From Eledone cirrhosa (taxonomy: Eukaryota): a DNA stretch of 64,000 nt. The stretch is taken from contig OZ024743.1 of NCBI GenBank assembly GCA_964016885.1, forward strand, positions 49,662,001 to 49,726,000, read 5' to 3'. How positions within the stretch are numbered: the first letter of the stretch is position 1; every line of letters starts with the position of its first letter. Shown here piece after piece: positions 24,779-39,414 of this stretch. The translations under genes were made by a program, and so were the position numbers. Below the pieces are notes generated by a model. It made no database searches. It saw only the letters and a program-made list of their open reading frames with translations, and was not told the DNA's origin.

Positions 24779-25009
24779 AGGGTTAAGACATTTGTTTAAG
24801 GCCCTTCAGACAAATAAGTTAATAATCTCCCTACCTTCAAAACCTGGGGGAATCTCCCTCCTAAGATTTGCTGAAAATATCTTGTCACCCCACTCCATTT
24901 GCTTTGAAATCTCTTGTTCCCTCCTAGTCTGGCCCTAGAAATGGGTTTTCCTCCTCCTTTTGGATTGTGCAACTGCTGCAGTAAAGGTGCAGATTTTTTT
25001 CCCAGATTG

Positions 25010-25043
<34 letters not shown>

Positions 25044-25327
25044 CCACCACCACCACCACCACTCTTATTATTATTTTTAATATTAGGGGTATAGATTGAC
25101 AGAATCAGTAGTGCATTGGGTCAAATGCCTTGAAGTGTTTAGTTGCATATCCCTTTGTGCTCTGAGCTCCAATCTTTCCCCCACTCCAAGGTCGACTTTT
25201 CCTTTTATCTTTTCTTCCTTCCTAGTTTGATAAAAATAAAGTACCAGTCAAATACTGGGGTTGACATAATCGACTAAACACCCAAATCCTAAAATGTCTG
25301 GCCTTGTGCCTATTTTAGAAGTCATTG

Positions 25328-25367
<40 letters not shown>

Positions 25368-25665
25368 CATCATCATATTTTTTTATTCATTATTTGATGT
25401 AAACTGTAGAAATCCTTTTAGATTTATTTGGTTTCTGTTCTTTTTTTGTTTGTTTTTTTTTCCCCTTTTTTTCTGTTTTGGAACTGTTGTACCAGATGCT
25501 GTATAACTCAGCAACTAAGAATAATAAAAACTGATGACCATCTTCCAATATATCTTCACTTATAATTATTCTCCTGTTTTTTTATTGTTGTTATTATTTT
25601 CTAACTTCTTTTAATAGCAAGCCACCTTAAACCACCCCTGCTTCTATAATACAAGGCTGTTTCTT

Positions 25666-25881
25666 TTAACCCTTTAGCATTTAAACCAGCTGTATCTGGC
25701 CAGAATTCTTTTACCTCTTTCTGTTCAAACTGGCTGTAACCAGCCACTCATACCGATGTTAAGGTATTGTTCTCAAAATAAATAATATCAAAATCCCATA
25801 GATTTGATATTATTTGAGATGAAGCCTTTACCGTAAAAATACAATTGTATATTCAGAGTAATGTAAATGCTAAAGGGTTAA
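25666..25881. mobile_element. piggyBac-type MITE
   Basis: TTAA|CCCTTTAGCATTTA...TAAATGCTAAAGGG|TTAA perfect TIR with TTAA TSD. Confidence 0.85.
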
Positions 25882-27224
25882 AGTATTTATATTTATCTAA
25901 AACCTTCCATCATTGTTTTTTATAAGAACTTTGTTACCTTATGTCCCAAACATCAACTTAATTAGGGTGTTAGTTATTTTACTAAATCCCTACGATTTAT
26001 TTGACAACCAGTGTTTTTCATTAGAGATAGTAATAAAAGGGTTAACTCTAGTGAGCACCTGCAAGTGGTAATTTCAAACAGTTTAGGGCCTGAAGAACTG
26101 TGAAGCAACCTCTGGACATCTAACACTCTCGACATGAAGAGAAATCCTCTCAGTGGTTAGGTATGCAAAAATCCATACTTTACTGGAAAATAACAAAACA
26201 AGTGTGTTGGCATCAGGAAGGACATCCAACCACAAAACACTGCCTCAAGAAAGTCTTGTCCTATCCATGGAAAAAACAGACATGAAGGTAACAATGATGA
26301 TGATGATGATAGTTATTTCTACTTTTGGCACAAGGCCAGCAATAACCCAGTACATTACTGGTACTTTATTTTATCGACCCTGTAAGGATGAAAGGTAAAG
26401 TTAACCTCGGCAGTATTTGGACTCAGAATGGCAAGGGCCGTAACTCTATGTGTTACAGCATGGCGTCCGACCTGCTACCGATACTGCCAATCTACCGCCA
26501 CATGATGATGGTGATGAGAAGGAATCTAATGAGGAGTGTGTTTCCTTCAAAGTCCATAGAACTTTGCAAAAGAAGACATACTGTCTTCACTGTTTCATGA
26601 GGAATTTCTAAACAACGATAACATTTTAAACAACAAATGTCATATTAAACGATGGGAAACTATATTGTTTTGGTGAATAATTAATATCTAATATCACACA
26701 TCTGATATATTTCAGTTGTGGAAGTGTTGAATCTGTTTTCCCTTGCAATTTGGTGATTAATCAAAAATGCTTAACATACTTTTTCAAATGATCTTAATAC
26801 ACCAAATCTTCTTTTTCTTCTTCTTCTTTCACACACACACTCCACTCTCTCTGAGAAGCACAATGATACACACACTCTCTCTCACTCTCACACAAAAACA
26901 AACACACAAACACACATGCAGGCAGACACACACGCACGCAGACACACGCACATAGACACACACAGACACACATACATGCACACATACACACACGCACACA
27001 GACATACACACATCAAATGTCACCATAAGTGAACATCATGACCTTTTCACTTCTCAATGACATTTCTTAGACATTTCAAAAATCACTTAACTTAGGAACA
27101 CCCATACTCCACACACCACACCCAGGAACACCCCCAACCCCACAGCTAAGGACCCCCACTCCCACCCAAGAATATCTCCACACCCAGGAACATACCTAAA
27201 TTACATATAACCTACAACAGACAC

Positions 27225-27549
27225 AGGTACAGGGTACAGTGTTATAACTGGTACAGAGTACTGTGGTATAACTGGTACAGGGTACAGTGGTATAATTGGT
27301 TCAGGGTACAGTGGTATAACTGGTACAGGGTACTGTGGTATAACTGGTACAGTGGTGGTACAGGATACAGTGGTATAACTGGTACAGGGTACAGTGGTGG
27401 TACAGGGTACTGTGGTATAATTGGTACAGGGTACTGTGGTATAACTGGTACAGGGTACTGTGGTATAACTGGTACAGGGTACAGTGGTGGTACAGGGTAC
27501 TGTGGTATAACTGGTACAGGGTACTGTGGTATAACTGGTACAGGGTACA
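27225..27549. repeat. 24-bp minisatellite (gggtactgtggtataactggtaca)
   Basis: Tandem units. Confidence 0.9.
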
Positions 27550-28269
27550 AATAACCAAACACAGGTACATGATAAATCTAATGAGGGTCTGTTACTGAGT
27601 ACTTTGTGTAAGGTACATACATTAGCATACAGATTCAGGGTAGACAATAGAAACCAAAGGTACTGAGTACATTGAATGTTAGCCAGATATATGGTAGAAA
27701 TAATGATATAAGGCGCATGGCTCAGTGGTTTGGGTTTTCGACTCCTGGCTGTAAATTCGTGAGTTCGATTCCCAGTAGTGAGTTGTGTCTTTCACTAAAA
27801 CACTGTCACTTTTCTCCTGTTCACTCACCTACACCTGTAATTTAAACATCGACAGAACTACATTAATGATACACAACATGGCTATAGACAGCACGTTAAT
27901 GTTACAGACAGGCAATTCCATTGACTGGAGTCAGTGGAACCAATGGAAGTCCAACATACACAACCTGCTAAAATAGCAGCTAGACATCATACCTATGGTC
28001 TTAAAGTGAGAAGCAAGCTATCCAGCAGTAAATCTATTCCACTACCAGAGATTCTAAACATCCAGCTATATGATCTGGTGTAGTCAATGGGAAGATTCCA
28101 GACTGGATTATCATATTTCAAAGGAAAAACTCTGTGAAAAAAGAGAAAAAAAAACCCCAAGTGAAGGATAATGTGGTGTCGTTCTTTTTCGTACCTCTCA
28201 CAATATTGTAGTTTTGGTGGTCTTATTCACACCAGTCAGTAATCTGGTACTTTCTGAAACCGGCGAAGA

Positions 28270-29250
28270 CTAGGCCTTTTTAGAGGCGGCCTTTAATCAC
28301 CACGTCATATCTATATCACTGGGTTGTGAGAGTTTTCTTAGGAGCTACAGGTGTCATCCATTGCTCTATCTCTCCTAGTAGTTCACTGCTGTTGGTTTGG
28401 GGTTGCTTATTCATCCGGTAGCTGCCCGCTTTTATCGTAACTAACCATCATATCTGGTGGATGTATTGCTATCTGTCACCTGCGATCCGTTCTCTAACAT
28501 AACACAGCTACTTAACTGAACAGAAGATGATCACCGACTTGCATTTGATAGGTTTGATGGCGAGTGCTGCATGGATGTAATGAAAATCAATGCTGTGAAA
28601 ACTGAGACACTCGTCCTCTCAAAGAAGCCTGTGCAGTGTACTCTACATGTGAATGGAGTTCCACTGAAGTAGGTAGAGAAGTTCAAGTATCTTGGGGCCG
28701 TGATTGAAGACAGGAGGCTGAATTAAGTGCAAGAATTGCAGGTGCTAGTGCAGTAATGCTTCAGCATTTGGTAATCAGAAGGGAGGTGTAAAAGCCTAAC
28801 TCACTGTCTTCAATACAATATTCGTGCCACCCTTTACCTATGGTCTTGAATCTTGTGTAATGACTGAAATAATACAAGCAGCTGAAATGGGTTTCTTCCG
28901 AAGGGTCTTTGAAGTAACGTTACTCGATAGAGTGCAGAGCTTGGAGATCAGAAAGTCACTCCAGACAGAGCTGGTACTTCTCCGAATTGAGAGATCACAG
29001 CTCAGATACTATGGACTTGTGGTTAGAATGTCTCAGGAAAGAATCACTGGACAGATTTTACAGGCAAAACCAACGAGCAAGAGACCCAGGGATGGACCTG
29101 GGCAAGATGGTTGGATAAGATCCATAAGCTTGGCTGGCCTCACTTGGGGATCAAGCCAGATCAGTTGGAGATGGTGGATTTTTACAGGACCCGCTGGAAG
29201 GAGTGTTTGAGGATTCTGCCCCCACAACCCTCTCAGAATAAGTGGCCGAA
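28270..29250 (+). mobile_element. Degenerate RTE (Expander/Rex3-like) LINE
   Basis: VEKFKYLG, IQAAEMGFFRRV and IERSQLRYYG..RM remnants with stops and frameshifts. Confidence 0.8.
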
Positions 29251-29656
29251 GAAGAAACAAAACAGCACAAAAATAGAAAAAATTAACCAAGGGAAATAAT
29301 TCTTTGATTACAAAATAACCAGGGAAGATAACTATGCAGATAGTGTATTTTTCTAGCTTTCTCGCATAAGTATGGAAAAATGACGAAACTGTGTGTGTGT
29401 GTTTATGTATGTATGTATGTATATATATATAGGAAAAGGTTCAGGACCCCGACGGCAGAGCTCAAGCCGTTTCGATGGCTATATCTACACTACAACTATA
29501 GTCCAGATATAGGCGTCGAAACGGCTTGAGTTCTGCCGTCGGGGTCCTGAACCTTTTCCTATTACCCACTCTACCACCCAAAGTATCGAGTACTCTGGTA
29601 CGTTATTGTCCACCTGGTTCCTTACCTCACTTCCTTCGTTATATATATATATATAT

Positions 29657-30472
29657 ATGAAAATATGGCGTGCTGCGTGGCTGCAAATGGGTTACATATG
29701 AATAAATTTAGTCCTTCATCTGTGATCTTCCAGCTTCATTGGTATTTCATCGCTTTAAAGACCATATACCTCCGGTTGGTGCGAGCAACGGCTAAAGAAA
29801 GTCGTTGGGACACGTAAATAGGGGGAACGAGCGAGACAGTAAACAAACAAAGATGGTAATACCATCTTTGTTTGTTTACTCGCACCAACCGGAGGTATAT
29901 GGTCTTTAAAGCGATGAAATACCAATGAAGCTGGAAGATCACAGATGAAGGACTAAATTTATTCATATGTAACCCATTTGCAGCCACGCAGCACGCCATG
30001 TTTTCATATTTATATATTTTCCTCCGCTGTGACCCGTCTGTTTCTTTCTTACTGCTTCCCCTTTCTCTGTATCTCTCACTTTCTTTTTACCCCCTCTGCC
30101 AATCACTCTCTCTGTTAGCCTCTTCCTCGCACTTTCACTCACTCTCTGCTACTCCCTCTCCTACCTCCCGTTTGACCCGTGCGAAATTCTTTCCTCACTC
30201 ACATTTCGACCAGGTTGGATGGTCTTTATTCTCTCTCGTCTACGATTTCACAGAACTTATGTTCATCGATTTCAGGGACTTGACTCCTTCTTCCTCACTT
30301 TTCGTTGCATTACCATCTTTGTTTGTTTACTGTCTCACTCGTTCCCCCTATTTACGTGTCCCAATGACTTTCTTTAGCCATTGCTCGCACCAACCAGAGG
30401 TATATGGTCTTTAAAGCGATGTAATACCAATGAAGGCTGGAAGATCACTGATTAATGACTAAATTTATTCAT
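29657..30472. mobile_element. TA-delimited element with inverted and direct terminal repeat copies (PLE pLTR-like)
   Basis: 29657-29858 is inverted against 29859-30010 (with an internal deletion); a direct copy recurs at ~30310-30472. Confidence 0.7.
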
Positions 30473-30496
30473 ATATATATATATATATATATATAT

Positions 30497-31042
30497 AGTA
30501 ATAATAATAAATTTGAAGACTAAAATCCAAAGAGGGCTCGATAAGGATAAATATATATCAAATATATATGAACCGTAGAGCAAATATTTATTAAAATAAC
30601 AGATTAAAGTTTAAGCAAAGAATCGCTGTTTTCACCCTTAACGGGATCTTCTGAAACTAACAAAGTCAATCTGTGAACGCAGAAGTGAATATTTCAAAAA
30701 ACGTTGCAACCGGAGGAAGACAGGAAGACGATACGTTGGTTCGTGGAAACGTTCCCTGGCAAAGAACGCGAAACAAACGAATATAATACGTCATTATTTG
30801 CAGCGGTGAAAAACAATTACACACAAAGACAAAACCACGTTTATGGTATAAAAGAAGTTGTAGACTAATATTCTATTAGGTGGTTCATAGAGACGTTCTC
30901 AGGCAATGAACGAAAAAAACGAAGATAATACGTCATATGTGGAGCGGAGAGAACAATTGCACGCAAAGACAAAACCACGTAAATGGTATAGCTGAAGTCG
31001 TAGACTAAAATTCTAACTAGGAAACCGAATGATTCTCGGCTT
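30497..31042 (-). mobile_element. TA-delimited element of the 10818 family, with internal ~135 bp direct repeat and HHR-like motif
   Basis: 30497-30660 is the reverse complement of 10910-11070; 30770-30880 is repeated at 30910-31015. Confidence 0.7.
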
Positions 31043-31893
31043 ATATATATATATAACGAAGCAAGTGAGGTAAGGAACCAGGTGGACCATAACGTACCAG
31101 AGTACTCGATACTTTGGGTAGTAGAGTGGGTAATAGGAAAAGGTTCAGGACCCCGACGGAAGAACTCAAGCCGTTTCGACGCCTATATCTGGACTATAGT
31201 TGCAGTGTAGATATAGCCGTCGAAACACCTTGAGCTCTGCCGTCGGGGTCCTGAACCTTTTCCTATATATATATATATATATATACATACATACATACAT
31301 AAACACACACACACACACAGTTTCGTCATTTTTCCATACTTATGCGAGACAGCTAGAAAATACACTATCTGCATAGTTATCTTCCTTGGCTATTTTGTAA
31401 TCTAAGAATTATTTCCCTTGGTTAATTTTTTTCTATTTTTGTGCTGTTTTGTTTCTTCTTCTTTATCATCTTCTACGGCCACTTATTCCTGAGAGGGTTG
31501 TGGGGACAGAGTCCTCAAACACTCCTTCCAAATGCAAAATTGGATTCGACGGTATATGAAGGCATTCTAACATAAAATATAGCAAGGCATTCCGTCCTAC
31601 GTTTTAATGCCTCTGAAAATTCAGTGACAGTTTGATAAACAGGAAAATACTACAGGATTATACGTGATTATACGTAATTATACGTGATTATCCAGTTAGA
31701 AAGTTCTAAATGCAATGATTTAAAAATAAAAAATAGTGTAAAATGGATTATAATATTTCAAGCGAGGTTACTCTTTTAATTTCTGTTAAAGTTATCTTTT
31801 CTTTAACGCGTAGATATTTTGAACTGATTCTTTTACCTCGCCAGCTCTTTGCTCGTTTCACTGGCCCATGGCTGCAGCCATGCTAGGACATTG

Positions 31894-31982
<89 letters not shown>

Positions 31983-31984
31983 CA

Positions 31985-32144
31985 TGATGGCTGCCCCCTC
32001 GTTATCGAGTATGGCCATTGCACGATATACCATTATTAATAATTATTAAATAATTCTATCGTGCAATGCCTGTGCGTGAAGATATTTTTTAAAGTGAGGA
32101 AAGACTGTGCACTGAGCCAATGCGAAAACGAGTTGGCAGCCACC

Positions 32145-32146
<2 letters not shown>
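31985..32146. mobile_element. Small TIR MITE in TA context
   Basis: atgatggctgccccctcgttatcg / cgaaaacgagttggcagccaccat; right end also present at 44695-44727. Confidence 0.65.
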
Positions 32147-32198
<52 letters not shown>

Positions 32199-32453
32199 GT
32201 ATGTATGTGGATATATATTTATATATATGTATATATATGTATATATATGTATGTGTATGTATGTGTATGTATGTGTATATATGTGTATATGTATATGTAT
32301 ATATATGTATATATATATATATATGTGTGTATGTATATTTATGTGTATGTGTGTATGTATATATATGTATATGTATATGTGTATATATATATATGTGTAT
32401 GTATATGTATATAAATATATGTATATATATGTCTATGTATATATATGTATATA

Positions 32454-32484
<31 letters not shown>

Positions 32485-32523
32485 GTATATATATATGTAT
32501 GTATATGTATATATATATATATA

Positions 32524-32556
<33 letters not shown>

Positions 32557-32611
32557 GTATATGTATATGTATATGTATATATATATGTATATATATATAT
32601 GTATATGTATA

Positions 32612-32676
<65 letters not shown>

Positions 32677-32759
32677 ATGTATATATATGTGTATATGTAT
32701 ATGTATATATATATATGCATGTATATGTATATATATATATATGTATATGTATATATATG

Positions 32760-32790
<31 letters not shown>

Positions 32791-32791
32791 G

Positions 32792-32824
<33 letters not shown>

Positions 32825-32859
32825 GCATGTATATATATGTGTATATATATATATATATG

Positions 32860-32904
<45 letters not shown>

Positions 32905-33120
32905 GTATGTATATGTATATATATGTATGTGTATGTATATGTATGTATATAAATATGTGTATATATGTATGTGTATGTATGTATGTGTATGTATATGTAT
33001 GTGTATATATGTATATGTATATATGTATATGTATATATATATGTATGCATATGTATATATATATATATGTATATATGTATATATGTATATATATATATAT
33101 GTACATATATACATATATAC
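32146..33120. repeat. ~1 kb compound (TA)n/(TATG)n microsatellite
   Basis: Direct inspection. Confidence 0.95.
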
Positions 33121-36100
33121 AGTCAACGCGATCAGTCGCATATTTTGGCGTGGGAGACTATTTATTAAATTTAAGATGAATACTATCTCCGACAGTAATG
33201 CCACAACTACAGTCAGGTTGAATAACTGGTTATTCTTCTAACTATATCTTCTGAAGACACCTTTTATTCGAATTCGTAGAGATATCCGACTAAATACATA
33301 ATTCATTTTATAAAGATTTGCTACAAACAGCATGGCTGAACAAAACATCAACAATAAAATTAAGGAAGTTCCGAAGACAAATAACAAGGAAGGTAATCAA
33401 ACTTTATTCAGTTTTAGCTACAGAAGAAACCGAAATTATAAATCGCATTTCTCTTGGAGTTGCGAACTTAATAATGATTTATTTAATTGTTATAAAATGG
33501 CAAAAAACAATCCGTCCATTGGCTATATGAATAGAATAAAGCTACACTGGGACGAAATGCACCCAGAGCTAAATTATTTCACAGCGAAACAATTACGCCA
33601 ACAAGCGACGTTTGTTGAACGTAAAAATAAGATAAATATTATTAATTGTAAGTCCCCCACAACAAACATGTTATCAACAACACGTGCTACAGGTCGCCAT
33701 GCTACTAGACTTCCTAGCAGCCAGGTTGAACAGCGTCTTGAAACAACTATGCCTGTAAGAAACTTGACACCACCTGTACCATCTAAGTCTACCTAGAATG
33801 GTGGGGAAAATACTATCGATAATAATAATAATCGAAGAAATAATAATAATAATCGAAGAAATTTGACACCACGTGTATTATCCGAGTCTACCTCGACTGT
33901 TGTGGAAAATACTATCGATAATGATAATAATGATTTCTTTATTGGCCACAAGGGCTGACATCAAGAAAAACATTACAGACGGCACAGGACGGTACGATGT
34001 GGGTTTTGTGCGTGTAAATATTTTTATTATTTATATAAGAAAAGAAAAAAAAAAAAAGACATAAAACATATATATATATATAAACAATAAAAATGAAAAT
34101 TGAAACAATGAAAACTTCCCCAAAAGGGGGGAAACCTCCGAGGGTTACTCGTGGCGAAAACCACACAAAAGACCACGGCCACCCTGACCACCAGGGCAAG
34201 CGCCCTCTCTCAATTTGTCCATCTCTCAAACTACAGACGTATATTCAGAGTGGTCCCGTTCACTCGGACCATTCTCGCTACATTCTCCCACCTTTCAATA
34301 AACTTGCTAGAAAGCAGCACTTGCCTCTCCACCCTGATTTTCCTCTTCAAGTGAAACTTGAAAAAGTTAATTAGGGATTCGCTGAAGAGGAAAGTGTTTG
34401 TCTTTAACCCTTTTAACCTTGTCCACCACACAATCTCTTTCGCCATGGCCACCAGGCAAATGAAAACCGCCTGCCCTTCCTCCTCGAAGGAAGACGGCGA
34501 GACCATCTGCACAATGGACTGAGTCGACAACCGGATCAGTCCCACACGTGACAGCAACTGTTCTACATAGCTCCACAAGTCAGCAATGCTCGGGCACTGA
34601 ACGAGTGCGTGCACAACGGTTTCGTCGCTCTGCGCGCATCTCGGACAGGCTAGGCTGACGGCACTTCCGTGCCTGTAGAGCTTATCTCGAACCGGCAGCG
34701 CTCCCCGGTAGCACTGCCAGGCCAGGGATTTTTGGAAGTTATCCATAGGCCCCGGGCTAAAAGTTCTCCAGAAGAGAGCAAACAGCTGATCTTCTTCGAC
34801 GCCCAGGATCTCTCCGAGAATGTCGTCGCTCTTCCCCTCCACTAGTCCTCTATAGAACGCCGAGATGGATGTTCCGCCGATACTGGTGCCCAACTGAGAG
34901 AGGGCAGTGAGCGCCTGGAGACATTCCAGTTTCCAAGCGCTATCCCTCGGTCTTTTTCTGACCCAGGACTGCAGCTCCGTCATGGAGACGAGCTGTGGGA
35001 AAACGTGCCTGGCAAACGGCGACCACACCCGTTCACCATCAAGGAAGCACCAGAGATGTCGCAGCCTCAGCGCATGTTTGCGCATCATCAGCCATGGCAT
35101 GCCCAGTCCTCCACGCAACGGGTGTTGACAGCAGATGGATCGTCTGACCATGGGAGCGCGTCCCTTCCACAAAAAGCGGAAGAGGAGGCGCTCCATTTTG
35201 GTGAGAGTTGGGCTTGAGCAAGGGACGACGGTGAGGCGGTAGCAGATGACAGATGCGATGAACGCATTCGCCACGGCCTTTAAGGGACAGCTTCCTCTCA
35301 GCCCATTTCTGGGTGAGGGCGGACACCTCGTTCCAGTTTTTCTCCATATGGAGGTCCGGTCCGAACCAGACCCCGAGCAATTTAACCGGTCCGTCCGTCC
35401 AACGCCCCACGACGCTGTCGGACGGCATGGACTTGCCTCTCCAGGTGCCGAGCTGCAAGCCCACCGACTTTTCCTGGTTTATCTTTGCTCCTGTCACCGC
35501 TTCGTATTCCTTGAGAGCGGTGCCGAGCATCTAGACGTGTCTGGTGCTCGACACCACCACGGTGACGTCGTCACCGTAAGTCGACTCGAATTTCCCGCAT
35601 CCTAGTTCGCGTGGGACGCCCCTCATCGCCCCCCAGTTTGTGCAGTAACGGCTCGAGAGCCAATGCGTACAAGAGGGACGAGAGGGGACAACCCTGGCGG
35701 ACTGAGCGCATGATACTGAACGGCTGCGACAGGTGACCGTTCACCCTCACAACTGAGCAGATGTCGCTGTACATTGCTGCGATCCAACGCCTGAAAACGG
35801 GCCCGAAACCGGCTGCTTCGAGGATCGCCGCCAGGTACCGATGGTCGACCCTATCGAATGCTTTGGATTGATCCAAGTTGATCAGGGCCCCACCCTTGCC
35901 AGGTTCCTTAACCACCCTCTCTATGATGTATCGCATGAGGTGGAGGTTGTCGTGTATGGATCTGTCCAGAATAGCGCATGTCTGCGCCTCTCCCACCAGA
36001 CCCTTGACGACAAGCGCCAACCTCGTTGCTAACACCTTAATCAAAAGTATAAACAATTGAAATTTTCCCTCAATGAAATCTTCCAGAGAGAAATTAATTC

Positions 36101-39100
36101 ATATCTCTCTTGCTGAACGTCTTAAAACGACAATGTTTAATAAAAAAACAAATAATTGATTCTACTTTAGGCACAAGGCCAGCAATTACTCAGTGCATTA
36201 CTGGTACTTTATTTTATCGACCCCGTAAGGATGAATGGCAAAGTCAACCTGTGTTATTGACGAAATAGGGGATGAATATTTACGACGGATAAAAACTCCA
36301 ACATTTGGGCAAATCAACGCCTGTTGATATGCCTTAGCAACAACAGTGAAGCATTATCTTGGATATTAACAAGAACAGAACACCACCAAAAATACCATCA
36401 TATATAACTAAAATAGAAAAAAAGATTACTGACCTACGAAAAAACTTAGGATATGCGACAATGCTCCTTACATGCAAACAAACACAAAAAAACCTCACTC
36501 CCCGCCAACAAAGAGTGAAAAATAAAATAGAGACGATGTTTGGTAACAGTAGAACCAGAACTCTCCAATATAAGCTGATCACCCTCAAACAAGAATTGAG
36601 AGCTGTTAGCGAAAAACGCCGATACCTGAAGAAGGTAGATGAGAGAAAAGTGCTTAATAAAAGATTCAGACGAAATGAAACATCAGTCTATAGAGATATG
36701 AAGGGCAAAATAATAAGTGTCACTGAGGCTCCATCCCAGAAAGACATAGATTCCTTTTGGTGCAAAATATGGGGTGAAAAGAAGAATTTCAACCAAGATG
36801 CAGTGTGGCTAAGAGAAATTCGAAAGAACTATTGCTCCTACACTACAACAAAAACATACGAAATAAGTGCGGGTAGTCTTGAGACTGTGATAGGAAAACT
36901 CCAAGATAAGAAAACACCAGGAAGAGACATGATTGTCGGCTACTGGTACAAAAAACTGATATTCTATCGGAAGTATCTTACTGACCTCTACCAACAAGTT
37001 CTTAAGGGAGATACACTTATACCAGAATGGTTGATATTAGCACAAACATTACTGGTCCCCAAGAACAAAGACACCCACTTGGCAAAAAACTACCGACCCA
37101 TTGCATGCCAGAACCTGATGTATAATATGTATACAGCCTGCCTGAACCTATTCCTCCAAGATTACTGTGAAAATAATAACATCATCACAGATAAACAAGC
37201 ATCTGAAAAGAAAGGGGTTTGGGGATGTGTTGAACAACTCCTAATCAACAAAACTGCGATGTCGCTGTGCGACAACTTAGGAGTAATATGGCTACAGTCT
37301 GGCTGGACTACAGCAAAGCTTTCGATTCTGTTCCCCACTCTTGGATGATAGAGGCCCTCCAACTTGCTAAAGTCCCAGACATTATTGTCAGAGCAATAGA
37401 GAGGCTGTCTTCTTCTTGGGCTACTATCCTAAGGTTAAAGACAGAGAGGGAGGACTCTATTTTCACTGATAAAATAAAATATTGCAGGGGTATATTTCTG
37501 GGAGACAGTCTCTCTGTGATATTATTCATCTTGTCATTAAACCCCTTGTCCTTTCTGCTCAAGAAATGTGAGGGTTACATCATTGGCTCACAGGAGGACA
37601 GAAATACGAACCTAACCCATAATTTCTTTGTGGACGATCTGAAATTCTATGCCAAGAACATGGATGGGATGAAGAAAAATCTTGACCTGGTTACAACGTT
37701 CTCAAAGGATATAGGAATGGAGTTTGGCCAAGATAAATGCTCATACATGACTGTAAAGCGGGGAAAAACAACAACCCAATCTAGCAACATTGTCATCAAT
37801 GGCCTAACTGTTTCACCGATATCTGATGAGGACTGCTACAGATACCTGGGGATAGATGAGAACATATCCTATAATGGTATCTGTAATAAAGAACGCGTAA
37901 CCAGGGAATACTACACCCGATTAAGAAAGATCTGGTCATCGAAACTCTCTGCGCAAAACAAAACAGTGGCTCACAATGTGTTTGCTGTGCCTGTCCTAAC
38001 ACCAACGTTTGGAATACTCAATTGGACGATAGACGAAATCCGAGCAATTGATGTTGGAACTAGAAAATTACTAAACAACACCGGAAACTTCCACATCAAC
38101 AGTGACATAGACCGCCTTTACTTGAAACGTAAGCAGGGAGGCAGACGCCTAATATCAGTCCAGACAACATTTGAATGTCACATCATATCTCTCCGACAAC
38201 ATCTACGAATCTCGAAGCGTAGGAGCTCGTTTCTCGAGCAAGTCTATCTACATGAAACAGATAAGATCATGAGAGTTGGGAAGGAACTCCTCGAGAGATA
38301 TTCCCTGTGTGATAATCAAAAAACTCACACCCAGGGAAGTCGTTCAGCAGTATCGCAGTGAATCCATGGATGAAAATCTGCATGCTTCTCAGCAAAAAAT
38401 CATGCATGGATATGTTGCCAGGAAGCTCCAGAGTGAGAGTAATAAGGGAAGTAGTGTATCTTGGACCAACAACCGCTATATTGGCTCCCACTTTGAAGGA
38501 TATGCTTTTGCAAACCAAGAACAGGAGATTAACACGAAATACCTGATTCAGGCAAAACACCTTGATGTGATAACAAGTGCAGACTCTGCAGAACTAACAT
38601 CGAGGATATCACCCATGTCATCAGCAGCTGTCCAAAGATATCATTGCGGTACTATCTACCTATGAGGCAAAAACACTGGTGGCCAAAACACTGTACAATG
38701 CAGTTAGTAAAAAAGATAGCCACGATAATAAACACATTAAAAGCTACAGCAATGTGGAAGACATCCATGTACATAATATGAAAGTACTGGTGGAATGTTC
38801 CAGTAAAAACCCCAATAAAATGCAGGCATAACAGACCAGATATTATGATATGGGACAGGGAGAAGAAATCATGCACAGTAGTGGAAATTAGCTGCCCAGC
38901 AGATGCCAATATAATATCAAAGATTAGTGAAAAGGAGAATATTTATGCAGAACTGATGAGAAATCTGCAGATACTCCACTCTGATTACACCTTCAGGTTT
39001 ATGCCTGTGATTATTGGGGCACTGGGGTATGTTAATAACTGCCTCAATACAAACCTTGAGAAGCTAGGCTTCACAGGGACAGAAAGAGCACAACTAGTTA

Positions 39101-39400
39101 GGAAATTACAAGTACAATCCATTAATGGCACAGTAAAAATATGTAAAATATTCCAGAAATTTTGCATCTAATAACTGCATATACACATATACAGATGCAA
39201 AGCATATACACATGCACACATACAACTCAAAACATTCACATCCACACATACAATAACATCCATATCTACACATGCATGCATACATACATATCTACCTAGT
39301 TGATGTTGTGTAAATTCCAATGACAGAGTCTTGTGTCTATGTTAGAAACAGACTCTCTCTCTATTGGTAAAACTTTGTGAAATTATAAAACCAGAAGAAC
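33121..39400 (+). mobile_element. R4/Dong-like RLE non-LTR retrotransposon, apparently full length but frameshifted, with nested insertions
   Basis: N-terminal W...N.DL..CY...GY..R....W...P..TAKQLRQQA; RT motifs NYRPIAC, WLDYSKAFDSVPH, GDSLS, FFVDDLK; CCHC CRLC...H..SSC; RLE HNRPDI...VVEISCP. Confidence 0.85.
33925..36045 (-). mobile_element. L1/Tx1-clade LINE, 5'-truncated, nested in the R4-like element
   Basis: IHDNLHLMR, LDQSKAFDRVDH, VRQGCPLS, GGLGMP and zf CPRC...ETVVHALVQC; GC-rich; AATAAA tail. Confidence 0.9.
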
Positions 39401-39414
39401 ATACATACAATACA

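Noticed and set aside
29657-30472. Hammerhead in this palindromic element
   Set aside because: cagatgaaggac is not followed by a complementary strand plus GAAA; no fold found by eye.
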